A stretch of DNA of 64,000 bases from Octopus sinensis (lineage: Eukaryota), in NCBI RefSeq assembly GCF_006345805.1, contig NC_043008.1:24986001-25050000 (forward strand), in the 5' to 3' direction. Both the position numbers and the translations under genes were made by a program. Position 1 is the stretch's first letter. The number at the start of each line of letters is the position of its first letter. Below are positions 1 to 10,639 of this stretch, piece after piece. A model generated the notes under the pieces. The model worked only from the letters and a program-made list of their open reading frames with translations. It searched no databases and had not been told where the DNA came from.

Positions 1-718
1 TCTGGCCTGGCAATGTTACCGAGGAGCCTTACCCGTTCGGGATAAGCTCGCACAACACGGTCGAACTACCACTACCGACTGTCCAAGATGCGGGCGGGAT
101 AGGGAAACCGTCCTGCACGCTTTTGTTAAGCGCCCGGGAGTGTCTGAAGTGTGGGCTTAGACAGAACATCTACTGTCAGGTTCGGGAAGAGCTGTCGTCT
201 GAGTCAATCGTAAAAATTTACCCGCCGGATTTCCTCACGAAAGTAGGTAAGCAATATTTTCTTGCAGTAGTAGCAATAGCGAAAGAGGTGGTATGGAAGT
301 CGCGAATGAAAGGTTTGGCGACAGGCAACCTCATCTCCGATCTCGGGTTGGTGAGATTTTTTATCTTCCACCTTAAAAGGAAGGTGAGGCAGGAGAGAAG
401 ATGCCTGTCAAAGAAAATGTTCAAAGATAGATGGTTGCATGTTGCGAGGGTGCTGGGGATGAAAGATTCCTCGTGAACATGTCATAAGTCTGCATACAAA
501 AGTTTCAGTAGGAGAATGGGGCTCGTGAGGTCATAGCGTAAGCCATCTCTCTGCTTCATCTCATATTTGTATTTCGTCCTTGTTGTATCTCATTCGATTT
601 CATTCGATTTCATTATATTTTATAAAATTTTAAAAGTCATATAATCATTGTGTGTCTGACCCCAATCAGGCTGTATTGCCCCCTCTATGTTTAGGCCCTT
701 GTGGTTAATAAAGAAATT
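1..718 (+). mobile_element. 3' end of a Tx1/L1-clade LINE (degenerate ORF2 C-terminal zinc-knuckle region plus 3' UTR)
   Basis: Translates LAWQCYRGALPVRDKL..CPRCGRDRETVLHAF and FFIFHLKRKV, collinear with the end of ORF2 at 49970-50451. The 3' UTR ends ctgtattgccccctctatgt..cccttgtggttaataaagaaatt, like 50610-50670. Confidence 0.9.
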
Positions 719-1090
719 GGATGTAGAGGGTTCGTTGGACACAGTGTGAGACGACTGTTGTTATCGCTAGGCCTAACTCATCGTAAAGTCAATACCACCA
801 TGACCGATATCCAATCTACAGTGGAAAAGGCTAGCCACTGGAATTGGTTAAAAAGAGATGATGAGCGATGGCTAGAAGGATATTGAGCTTTATTTGATAA
901 CCAGCTGATCTAGCAAGCGGGGCATCATATCAGTAAGGGGGGCTGGTGCGCATTGATGCCGTCGAGAGGTAGGCCCCGAAACGGCGCACATTCTCTCCTG
1001 ATGACCCCATACACTTGCTGGCTTCCGGTATGCGGAGTTTCTGACTGGTAGCACTTGTATGTGCAAGTTGTTTGCAAGACATATTCGTGT
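713..1090 (+). mobile_element. 3' end of a Hero/NeSL-like restriction-like-endonuclease non-LTR element, interrupted by the Tx1 copy
   Basis: EIGCRGFVGHSVRRLL..VEKASHWNWLKR matches the EVGCRGF..ASxWxWxKR C-terminal motif of Hero-type RLE elements, followed by a GC-richer structured 3' UTR. The right boundary is approximate. Confidence 0.7.
946..1008 (+). ncRNA. Candidate rearranged (non-circularly permuted) hammerhead ribozyme in the Hero-like 3' UTR
   Basis: GCCGU-C (958-963), gagag (964-968), GAAA-CGGC (978-985), cucuc-CUGAUGA (993-1004). Helix III and helix I pair perfectly; helix II is not supported in this copy. Confidence 0.55.
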
Positions 1091-1554
1091 CCATTTCTTT
1101 TCATTCAGCCTTGTGCAAAAAAGTAGAACAAACTTAGAGAAGTTTGTAGATGTTTGACATCTACTTCTAGCGTATTAGCGTCGTACTTCCAGCGCCCTTA
1201 ATTATATTTATATATTTATAATTAAATATATATATATGTGTGTGCGTGTGATTGTGTGAGTGAATGTATTCCTCGTGTCACTAAAAATTTCGTGAATATA
1301 TACCCACGGGATTTCAAGCTCACGAAAATTTAAATCACATGGGGTGAGGGGAAACTCTGTCAGCCTGTAAATCATTAAGTACCATTCCAGCTATTTGCCT
1401 TGTGCGTAATTTCCGCTCGTTTGTTACACATTTGTATATACTGTATATATTTGCATGAGAGAAGGAGGGAGGTATGTGAATGTAAATCGCGTTCGGAGGT
1501 TGTCTGTATATATATATATATATCTATACAATATGTTACATTACTCGGTAGTCA

Positions 1555-1617
1555 AGATAAAACTCTGAGTTCCAGATGCCGAAGTGGAAATCCACAACAC
1601 CATCTCTTCGGTTATCT
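1555..1617 (-). ncRNA. Mirror copy of the hammerhead with GAAA changed to GGAA (probably inactive)
   Basis: Left arm of the palindrome; the single arm mismatch falls in the catalytic core. Confidence 0.6.
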
Positions 1618-1643
1618 GGCTATTTGAAAAAAGCCAAATAGCC

Positions 1644-1706
1644 AGATAACCGAAGAGATGGTGTTGTGGATTTCCACTTCGGCATCTGAAACTCAGAGTT
1701 TTATCT
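1644..1706 (+). ncRNA. Type I hammerhead ribozyme motif, core variant CCGAAGA, GUU triplet
   Basis: agauaa-CCGAAGA-gaug..cauc-u-GAAA-cuc-a-gag-UU-uuaucu. Helix I is 6 bp, helix III is near-palindromic, predicted cleavage after 1700. Confidence 0.7.
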
Positions 1707-1802
1707 TGACTACCGAGTAATGTAACATATTGTATAGATAAATTTCCTCTATTTACATAATATTGAGGTCTCTTTCTTTCTTTTGTTATCTTACCGTTTT
1801 AT

Positions 1803-1840
<38 letters not shown>

Positions 1841-1841
<1 letters not shown>

Positions 1842-1978
1842 AACTTACTTGGGGGATAAGAAACGAAACGACGCGAGGCGCTCAGTCATATAATAACAAT
1901 TTGATAAATAAGATATATACATACATACATATATGTACGTACCTACATCTATATGTATATATACATGCATATATATAT
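1841..1978 (+). repeat. Direct repeat unit, second copy at about 3090-3228 (Penelope-like partial tandem)
   Basis: aaacttacttgg(g/a)ggataagaaacgaaacgacgcgaggcgctcagtcatataataacaattt occurs twice, nearly identical. Confidence 0.9.
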
Positions 1979-1979
1979 C

Positions 1980-2014
<35 letters not shown>

Positions 2015-2023
2015 TATATACAT

Positions 2024-2600
2024 AGGGCCAACTATCTAAGATAGAATCGCTCCAAATAAATTTTACCTCATACTTCTCCGAAACGAGGGACCTGGACTAT
2101 TGGCAAAGACTCAAAACCTTGAGGATGTACTCAATAGAAAGAAGATTTGAGCGATACCGAATTATATACATTTGGAAAATGATAGAGCAGAAGGTGCCAA
2201 ACTTTGGTATCAAAACCTACCACTCACTGCGCCACGGAAGACGCTGCCAGCTGCCACCAATCAACAAAAAGGCTGGCCAGGCAGCAAAAACCCTGCGAGA
2301 ATCAAGTCTGTTGGTTCGAGGAGCACAACTGTTCAACTCCATTCCGGTACATGTCAGAAATCTATCAGGATGCAGTGTGGAATCATTCAAATTGCAACTG
2401 GATAGATACTTAAGCACCATTAGAGATGAACCCCATCTCCCAGGATATACACAACGAGCACAAACTGACTCAAACTCGCTCCTACACATGTCAAAATTAA
2501 GCAGAGAATACAACCTGGCAACCACACCAGACTCTGAGGGTGGAGTCTTCGACTTGGCCTGAGCATGGACTCAAACCCAAATGAAATGAAATGAAATGAA
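2024..2600 (+). mobile_element. 5'-truncated CR1/L2-group LINE 3' end inserted in (TA)n
   Basis: ORF 2119-2562 has LRMYSIERRFERYRIIYIWK, RGAQLFNSIP and FKLQLDRYLSTIRDEP, typical of post-RT CR1/L2 sequence, and ends in a (TGAAA)n tail. Confidence 0.8.
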
Positions 2601-2614
2601 ATATATATATATAT

Positions 2615-2799
2615 GAGTACAGAACACCACAAATAAACAGAGAACACAACGAGAAACGAAAACATAAAAACAAACAAGGAAGCAGTCTTTTTTTAACAAC
2701 GAAAAAACAGAGTACAAGACAAACATTACAAGGAATATTCCCCTTCATTAGCTGCCCCTGGTTCGACTGAATGCGTGTTTCGAAGGTAAGGGCAGAACA
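2615..2799 (-). repeat. Penelope-like terminal repeat copy 1 (copy 2 at 3624-3809)
   Basis: About 185-bp direct repeat, offset about 1010. It carries the rearranged hammerhead strands; the core here is mutated to CUAAUGA. Confidence 0.75.
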
Positions 2800-3221
2800 A
2801 ATTCATATTTCATATTCAATTCGTTGGAGCGCAGTTCAGAATCGACTTGCTAGAGACAGAAAAAGTCGATGTTGACTTGTTGAAAGCTACGAGCAAAAGA
2901 AAGTTAGTAGTCCACTCAGCAGTGAGAGAGAGGAGGAGGAGTGAGAGAGAGAGAGAGAGAGATAGACAGGAAAGGAAACCAGAAATGGTGAAAAATAAGA
3001 AGGAGAGAGACAGGTAGAGAGGAAGACAGACAGGAAGGAAGGAAAGGTCAAGTAAAGGGTTAGAGAGTGCGCGCCATAATTATATATAAAAACTTACTTG
3101 GAGGATAAGAAACGAAACGACGCGAGGCGCTCAGTCATATAATAACAATTTAATAAATAAAATATATGCATACATACATACATATATGTACGTACCTACA
3201 TCTATATGTATATATACATGC

Positions 3222-3252
<31 letters not shown>

Positions 3253-3283
3253 AATTTCCTGCTGCTTTAAATAAAGTATATAT

Positions 3284-3336
<53 letters not shown>

Positions 3337-3368
3337 TTTATTTAAAGCAGCAGGAAATTCAACAAAAT

Positions 3369-3406
3369 CTGTTACTCTGAGTTTCTCGTTGCCGTTCATC
3401 AGACAG
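3369..3406 (-). ncRNA. Minimal type I hammerhead ribozyme, mirror copy
   Basis: cugu-CUGAUGA-a-cg-GCAA-cg-a-GAAA-cuc-a-gag-UA-acag. Core is intact; the loop differs but is still GNRA. Confidence 0.8.
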
Positions 3407-3432
3407 TTTTTGCTAGTTTTTTCTAGCAAAAA

Positions 3433-3470
3433 CTGTCTGATGAACGGGAACGGGAAACTCAGAGTAACAG
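3433..3470 (+). ncRNA. Minimal type I hammerhead ribozyme (GUA triplet)
   Basis: cugu-CUGAUGA-a-cg-GGAA-cg-g-GAAA-cuc-a-gag-UA-acag. Core is intact, helix II is 2 bp with a GNRA loop, predicted cleavage after 3466. Confidence 0.8.
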
Positions 3471-3575
3471 ATTTTGTTGAATTTTCTGCTGCTTTAAATA
3501 AAGCATATTACTCTACCACTGGTATTTGAGTACTCTTTTTTTCCACCTTGTTTCACATTTATGTGTTTAGTCCGG

Positions 3576-3623
<48 letters not shown>

Positions 3624-4025
3624 GAGTACAGGACATCACAAATAAACGTAGAACACAACGAGAAACGAAAACATAAAAACAAACAAGGAAGCGGATTTTT
3701 ATTTAACAACGAAAAAACAGAGTACAAGACAAACAATACAAGGAATATTCCCCTTCATCAGCTGCCCCTGGTTCGACTCAATGCGCGTTTCGAAGGTAAG
3801 GGCAGAACACGATCCGGCCGAAACAATCCTTCCTGCAAAATGAATTAAATAAAATTCCTTTGCAGAGGGGTAAAACAAGGAAAGAAAAAAGTGACAAGAA
3901 CAGGACGTAAAAGCAATACAAATAAAAATGCAGTACACATAAAGAATAAAAACAGGACAATGAAACCAACATTGAGGGCTTTTTTAAGCCTAGACGGTGG
4001 AAAAGTTCGTTGGAGCTCAGTTCAG
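3624..4025 (-). mobile_element. Penelope-like terminal repeat copy 2 with upstream sequence
   Basis: Repeat of 2615-2799. ttcgttggagc(g/t)cagttcagaat is also shared between about 2820 and 4006. No RT ORF is visible. Confidence 0.55.
3750..3824 (-). ncRNA. Candidate rearranged (non-circularly permuted) hammerhead ribozyme
   Basis: Minus strand: cgugU-U-cugccc ... ccu-uc-GAAA-CGCG ... gggcag-CUGAUGA-agg. Helix I is 6 bp, helix III 5 bp, helix II 3 bp. Confidence 0.65.
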
Positions 4026-4027
4026 AA

Positions 4028-4059
<32 letters not shown>

Positions 4060-4675
4060 CGTGTGTGTGTGTGTGTGTATGTGTGTGTGTGTCTATGTAT
4101 GTATGTATTACGTATGTATGTATATATGTATGCATGTATGTACATGTATATTATAATAGATATACTATATGTATGTGGTTTTGCGTGTGCCTCTGTGCAC
4201 ATTTTGTTTCCAATGACTTCGGTTCTTGTACACCTACCTGTATGTTTCTATGAATAAAAGTACTTCCAATTTCATTTATTTATTGGTCTCACTGTTTATT
4301 AAAAAGAACTGCCAACCATGCGAGTAAGAATGATGATATTCAATATCATACACTCTCAACACCTGGAGAAGTGCATTGTCATCAGAAATCACTTCTTATG
4401 AAATGTATTCGGAGACAAAAGTAAAACACTACTTTTGCTCTCACCTCCAGTTGAATGTGATGTTGAAATAAATGGGGATTTTGTTTACCAGTTAAATTTG
4501 AGCAGTGTACTGAAATATTGATTTTTTTTCTTTTTCTAAATAAACTAAAGCTCTATACATTGTGTGAAATGAGGTGAGTATTAAAAGGTTTCGTTTAGTT
4601 CATATTATTCCTTTAGAATGGGGCAAAGCCTTTAGACAGATATAGTGATGCGCTTTTAATATCCTAAAATAGTTA

Positions 4676-4885
4676 AGGCAATGCGCCGCTGGCAGAATCG
4701 TTAGCACGCCGGGCAAAATGCTTAACGGGATTTCGTCCGTCGTTACATTCTAAGTTCAGATACCGTCGAGGATGACTTCGCCTTTCGTCCTTTCGGGGTC
4801 GATAAAATAAATACCATTTAAGCACTGGAGTCGATGTAATCGAGTTACCGCCTTCCTCGACCTAGCTGGCCTTGTGTCAAAATTT
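4676..4885 (+). mobile_element. tRNA-derived SINE (family with gcctttcatcctttcggggtcgataaa body)
   Basis: Homologous to many other copies in the window (9475, 18490, 26970, 30930, 33100, 33505, 54005). Confidence 0.8.
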
Positions 4886-5094
4886 AAAATTAATATTCTG
4901 AAATATGAATTTGTTTTGTCCCGTTAAAAAAATTTATGAACATGTGTGCGTATGTGTGTGTGAAAGTGTATGCGCACGCGCATTCGTATGCGTGTGTGTT
5001 TGTGTGTATACATGTGTACACTCACATACAGGCATACACATACACACATACACGTGTTTGTGTGAGTCTACACGTATGTATGTGTGTGTGTATT

Positions 5095-5125
<31 letters not shown>

Positions 5126-6164
5126 GTACATGCGCGCGCCTATATATTCAAAATCATAATGTTTCTCTATTTTCAGTCTCGAAATACCGTAGTATGAAGC
5201 GGAAATTCAAAACTTCCATCTCATGTTTGGTCGGAAAACGAAAAAAGAAACCTGTTTTTCGATTGTTTTCTTATGAAGGTAAATAACTGGTATCTGATGG
5301 GCAGCGACCATCCTAAACGAAGGCCACAGGACTATCACAATTCAGTTGTTTAATATGAAGTTTGCTGCACACTGGCATAGCATTTGATAGCGTGAGCAAA
5401 ACTGTTCTCCCTTGCGATACGTATATTTCAACCATATTTCAGGTGTGCATTTGGTCATATCAGCAAATATAGGATTTATCATTGCAATGGGGACGCTTAA
5501 AATTATTGCTAATGTCTGTCTGTTTGAAATTAGCATTTAATCTTAATAAACCCTTCTATAAACTACTTCATGGCGAAATCGTAAATCTTTACTCCATCTC
5601 GTCATTCGTAGAAAAATTCCTTTTTGAAGATATATTATTATAGAGCGAGATTCATATATATTCGGTAACAATATCGTGATACTACTTACATATAGCGATT
5701 CCATTTCCCTAATTGGAAAGAATAAATCCTGAAGAATCTAGTATTGATATCTATGTCCACTTTAACGTGAATTTTCTGTCAGAACAAACAAAACTGCGGT
5801 AGTTACCATGAGATAAATTCTTATATTAGCTTTTGGTGCAAAATGCACTCTTGGTTATATCGCTAGCGGGGATATAAATCGCTGCCATCTATGATGGAGA
5901 AAATGGGTGTCACTTAGAAAGCATCACATTCATAATTTGGTGATAACTGGCTAGAAATCTGCTCAATCCTGCCTGCTTGAAGCAAAATGGAAACAGTATA
6001 TATCGTATATCATTCGTAGAATTTCAAAGAGATGTTAAATGAATTAAATTTTAATTAAAAGCTTGGAGTCATCTTGTATTTTGTGTTCCATTACGATATT
6101 AACGTTATATTTTATGTTAATCTTGTCATCATTCTGTTTATTTAGTATGTGTTACTACACCAAA

Positions 6165-6420
6165 TGTGGAAGCGCAATGGCCCAGTGGTTAGGGCAGCGG
6201 AGTCGCGGTCGGATGATCGCAGTTTCGATTCCCAGACCGGGAGTTGTGTGTGTCTATTGAGTGAAAACACTTCAAAAGCTCCACGAGGCTCCGGCAGTTG
6301 GTGGTAGCGACCCCTATTCTAATATTTCGCCACAACTTTCTCTCTCTTTTTGTTTTTGGCGGGAAGGTACATATACGCCACCGAAACCGGGAAACCGGGC
6401 CCATGAGCCTGACGAGGTTT
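6165..6420 (+). mobile_element. tRNA-derived SINE, second family
   Basis: A-box tggcccagtgg and B-box gtttcgattcc; homologous to the minus-strand copy at about 20000-20320. Confidence 0.8.
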
Positions 6421-8022
6421 GAAAAGAGCGACGATTTTCCGACTACACTAAATACCTAAACAAACTGAATTTAGATTCTAAAATTTATGACTACAACACT
6501 GCAAATGCTAAGTGAAAATAGCCGTAATTTTAATTACATTATAGAAGTGGGTAATTTATATTTGCATCTTGTGTAATAGCATTGTCTGTTCCAAATAGAG
6601 TCAATAACGAGAACAAACTAAGAATACTCATGAAAAATACGCATCGTTCTCCATCACATTTTGAATTGAGGAACTTGGGAAATATAAAGAAAAGAACAAC
6701 TTATATTTTTCGCTTTATTTACATTACTAGACAAAGAATATTGATAATCGCTTAAAATACAAACAAAAATTGCTCCCTTTTGAGAAGGCTGGCGTCTTAC
6801 TTCCTTGATGTTGGTATTTTCTTAACTAGAAAGACAGGGAAAAGAAAGCGAAAAAATAAAATAAAGCATTAAAAAGCTAATAGAGAAGATCTGATAGAGT
6901 CATATAATGCAGCGCAGATGATGTCCATTAGGAACTATACACGCACAACAGACACATACATATAGCATACATACACACGCGTGTGCCGATATGTATATAT
7001 GTATGCATCTTAGTAATGTGTATTTGTGTATGTGTGTGTGTGCGCTTGTATGCCTGCGACCTATGGTGTGAGTAATAATGTTTATTCCACCAAAATGTGT
7101 TTTTAGTTATGAAACTGAAATTATGTTCCTAATATAGAAAATACGTTGAGTCATAAATAGTAAATAGAATTTAGGTTATGATATAAAAAGTAGACGTTCT
7201 TTATTAAAGTTTTATAAGTGGCATGTAGGCAGCGTTCAAGTTGCCAATCCAATTTGTAGACTGTGTCCGCAGCAATGAAACATTCAAAAGCCAGATTAAA
7301 TCGATAACAGTTATGTTTATTCCCCCTTAACAAAATTCTGTATATAATATATATACTAGAATTTAGCTTACAATTATGCAATTGTAGAAAAAGAAGTTTT
7401 ATCGGTTTGAGGGAAAGAGATATGCGTATGTTGCTAGACAAATTTCACAAATCATTTGATAACATCATAGATGTCAAAATAAACTACTGCAAATTATATA
7501 TACAAATTATATATACAAAATTTGTCCCTGTGAAAATTATAGAAACTGTTCTGGGAAAGGTGAACCTCGTTGTTCGGGTGTTATGTAATATCTGGAATAA
7601 TTAAAATTAGAAAAATACGACCGTATATCGAATGGAAGCTGCTACGAATAAATGTAAATGCCATCACCTTAGCGACAGCTGATTTCAATCTGTTTTTACC
7701 AAAGATAAATTCGGGAATGACAGATTTTCACAATCTTATAGGCAACAGCAACACGCAGATGCAAAATCTACCACAAATAGCTAAATATATGAATACATAC
7801 AATTACTTTAAATACCTGATGGGACGATTATTCAAGTAACTAAGTACCTCAGTACTTATCTTGAGAATCTAGCGTTAATTTACTTTATTCACTCTTCAAG
7901 TGTGAACTCAACTTCCAGCCACCTTGATTGTAAGAAGAGTTCGAGTATAAAAATTACAAAAATCTAACGTAACACCACGAAACAATTTGTAGTGGATCAT
8001 GGGGAGTGTATAGCATATTGTA

Positions 8023-9298
8023 TCAGGTTCAGTAAGTAACGTTTTGAACCATGAATAATTTGTACCGGATTTTTGCAGAGTTTTGAATTGTTTTTAAACA
8101 TTTCTTTGTAATTGTTTGATAATACAGACATAGACTTGCCCAAATGCATCAATAAATTAACATTGATTTTTTTCACCATTGTTACAATCATCTGAAATGG
8201 AACTGTCAAAGTGCAACATTCGAGAAATTTTTCTATTCACCTTCAAAAAAGGACGTAAAGCAGCTGAAACTGCTCGCGATATCAGCAAAATGTTTGGTGA
8301 GGAAATGACCAGTGAGTGATAAACTCGAAAATGGTTTAAACGATATCGCAGTGGAGACCTAAGCCTTGAAGATCGTAAGCGTAGTGGACGCCCATCTGTC
8401 GTTGATGACGGTCAATTAAAGACAGTCTTTGAGAAAGATCCGCATAAAACCACCCGAGAACTGGCGAAAGATCTCCAAGTTAACAGCAAAGTTACCTGAA
8501 ATCATTTGCATGTGATTGGAAAATCAAAACAACTTGACACATGGGTATCACACGATTTGAATGAAAATCAGAAAATGTGCAGATATTAAATTTGCTCTTC
8601 GCTTCTTTTCCGTAACCAGACTGATCCATTTCTCGACCGTGCTGTAACTTGCGATGAAAAGTGGATTCTGTACAATAATAAAAAAAACGTTCTTCGCAGT
8701 GGATGGCTCAAAATGAAGCACCGAAAACCTTCCCTAAACCCAAGCTCTTCAAAATGAAGGTTATGGTGACTGTTTGGTGGTGTACTGCAGGATCCATCCA
8801 CTATAACTACTTAAAACCTGGAAAAAACATTACTGCAGAAACATATTGCCATGAAATTGCCAAAATGAACGAAATATTGCTACTTTTCCGTCCCAGACTG
8901 GTCAACAGAATAGGGCCAATCATTCTTCATGAAAATGCTCGACCATAAGTTTCACTAATGACGCTCCAGAAGTAGAGGAAACTTGACTACGAAGTTCTTC
9001 CCCACCCAGCTTATTCCCTAGACCTTTCTCCTTCCAACTACCACTTTTTCAAGCACCTTGATGGTTTCCTGAAAGAGAAGGAGTTCAAACATCAAAGCGA
9101 TGCCGAAAGGGCGTTCAAAGATTCCATCAGCTCCAGAACTCCAGATTTTTATGTTAGCGGAATAAACAAACTTGCAACTCTTTGGCAAAAATATACTGAT
9201 TGTAATGGTACTTACTTTGAATAAAATTTCCTCATTGTTGAAATACATTGCAATGAATTTCATGTTTCAAAACGTTGCTTACTTTTTACTCAGCTTGA
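8023..9298 (+). mobile_element. Full-length defective mariner (Tc1/mariner) DNA transposon
   Basis: TA at 8021-8022 and 9299-9300, imperfect TIRs (..agtaag(t/c)aacgttttgaa(c/a)catgaa). Transposase remnants MELSKCNIREIF, RSGRP, WVSHDLNENQK, CDEKWILYNN, HENARP, YSLDLSPSNYHFF with stops and frameshifts. Confidence 0.92.
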
Positions 9299-9474
9299 TA
9301 TATCTGCTCCGCAATAAACTCTGCCATACAAGCGTTGAGCGTTCTTATCGATTCTATAGACGATAATACCTCTACACATAAATATATGGATACTACACCC
9401 TCTACACAAAAGTATGTGGTTACGTGTACTAGCGTATATATAATTGTGGGTTTATTATTACGTACATGAAACAT

Positions 9475-9645
9475 TTCGTCCGTTTTTATGTTCTGAGCTC
9501 AAATGCCACCAATGTTGACTTTTAGCTTTCATCCTTTCGGGTTCGATAAAATAAGTACTAGCTGAGTACTGGCGTCGATGTAATCGACTAGCCCCCTCTG
9601 CCATAATTTCAGGCTTTGTGCCTATAGTAGAAAAGATTATTTCTG
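9475..9645 (+). mobile_element. 5'-truncated SINE (same family as 4676)
   Basis: tttcatcctttcggggttcgataaaataagtacta..gtcgatgtaatcgac body. Confidence 0.75.
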
Positions 9646-10639
9646 TGTTTTGACTTAAACTTGGTAATGCACATATTTGTATGTGTGGTGTATATGTGCT
9701 ATCATCGTATATAAGAGACAAGAACGCTCAAAGCCAGTTTATTCTAAAATATATGGTAGAATATATCATACAGTCCCAGAATATACTGAGAATTGTTTCA
9801 TGGTGAAACGTCGTATTTATATAATTCAATCAGAGTCTCGTGTGAATTTTCCATTTGCTCCCCTGTGTTTCTGTGTAATTGCTGTTCATATTATCCCGGG
9901 GCAGTAATCTCTGTGAATGATATTGTATATTGCTTGTGCAAAAATATCAAATCGCAGAAGGTAGTATCACGATGACATTTTTTGACGGTTACAGATTGTT
10001 ATGTACTCTTGAGTTTTTGTTCCCAAAGAAGCATGAAATAATCAATATTTGTGATTTGATCTTGGAAATTTAAAGGCTTTGCTGTCTCAGTTCATTTAGC
10101 AATGTTCAGTGCTTTTGTGTAACTGACATATCCTCTTTTGGTGTAGTGTATTATTCTTTAGTTACTCTATTTTTGTTAATAGTAACTTAGTATGATATAT
10201 AGTCATGAATACCTAGTTATTCGGAGCATTCATTTTGAGGAGCAAAAGCGATAGAGAAGCCATAGATGCAAAAATTTGAGTTCTGAAGAACAGTTTCTTC
10301 ACGTTCAATTGTTAAATATGAGCATTTGTTTTGAGGCAACTCAATCCCTATCTCAGCATAAATTTAATGATTTAATGTGGTTATGTATATCATTATTCAG
10401 TTTCATTTCAAAATTTTCTTGCCAAAAAGAAAAGGTTGGTTTCTAACCTAGATCCAAGGATCCTTCAACAACATCAACAAGGTAATTTTGCATGTATGTG
10501 TGTATGTGTGCAATGTGCAGATTTCTATGCTTTATTTTGGTCTATGTATATTCATGCATATATTTGCATGTCTAGACATGCGCATATATTCTTAAAGGGT
10601 ATTTTAAATTAAAAATTTTTTTAGTTCCAGTGATGGCTT

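Larger units (their letters stand above)
1521..1740. repeat. Fold-back inverted repeat, 106-bp arms (1521-1626 / 1635-1740), 8-nt spacer
   Basis: Direct reverse-complement comparison shows one mismatch (1572 vs 1689). This is a Penelope-like terminal hairpin. Confidence 0.95.
3247..3503. repeat. Nested inverted repeats: arms 3336-3416 / 3423-3503 around T6, plus a 30-bp third copy 3247-3276 inverted against 3336-3365 around (TA)n
   Basis: Direct reverse-complement comparison shows 81-bp arms with few mismatches. Confidence 0.95.

Noticed and set aside
1763-5286. YI-, CV- and HT-repeat ORFs
   Set aside because: Products of (TA)n and (CA)n tracts.
5342-5536. 64-aa minus ORF with a hydrophobic N-terminus and four Cys (secreted peptide or GPCR-like)
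   Set aside because: Short, with no recognisable family motif or convincing splice context; expected by chance.
6165-6240. tRNA-like A and B boxes
   Set aside because: Head of a repeated SINE with no complete cloverleaf, so not called a tRNA gene.
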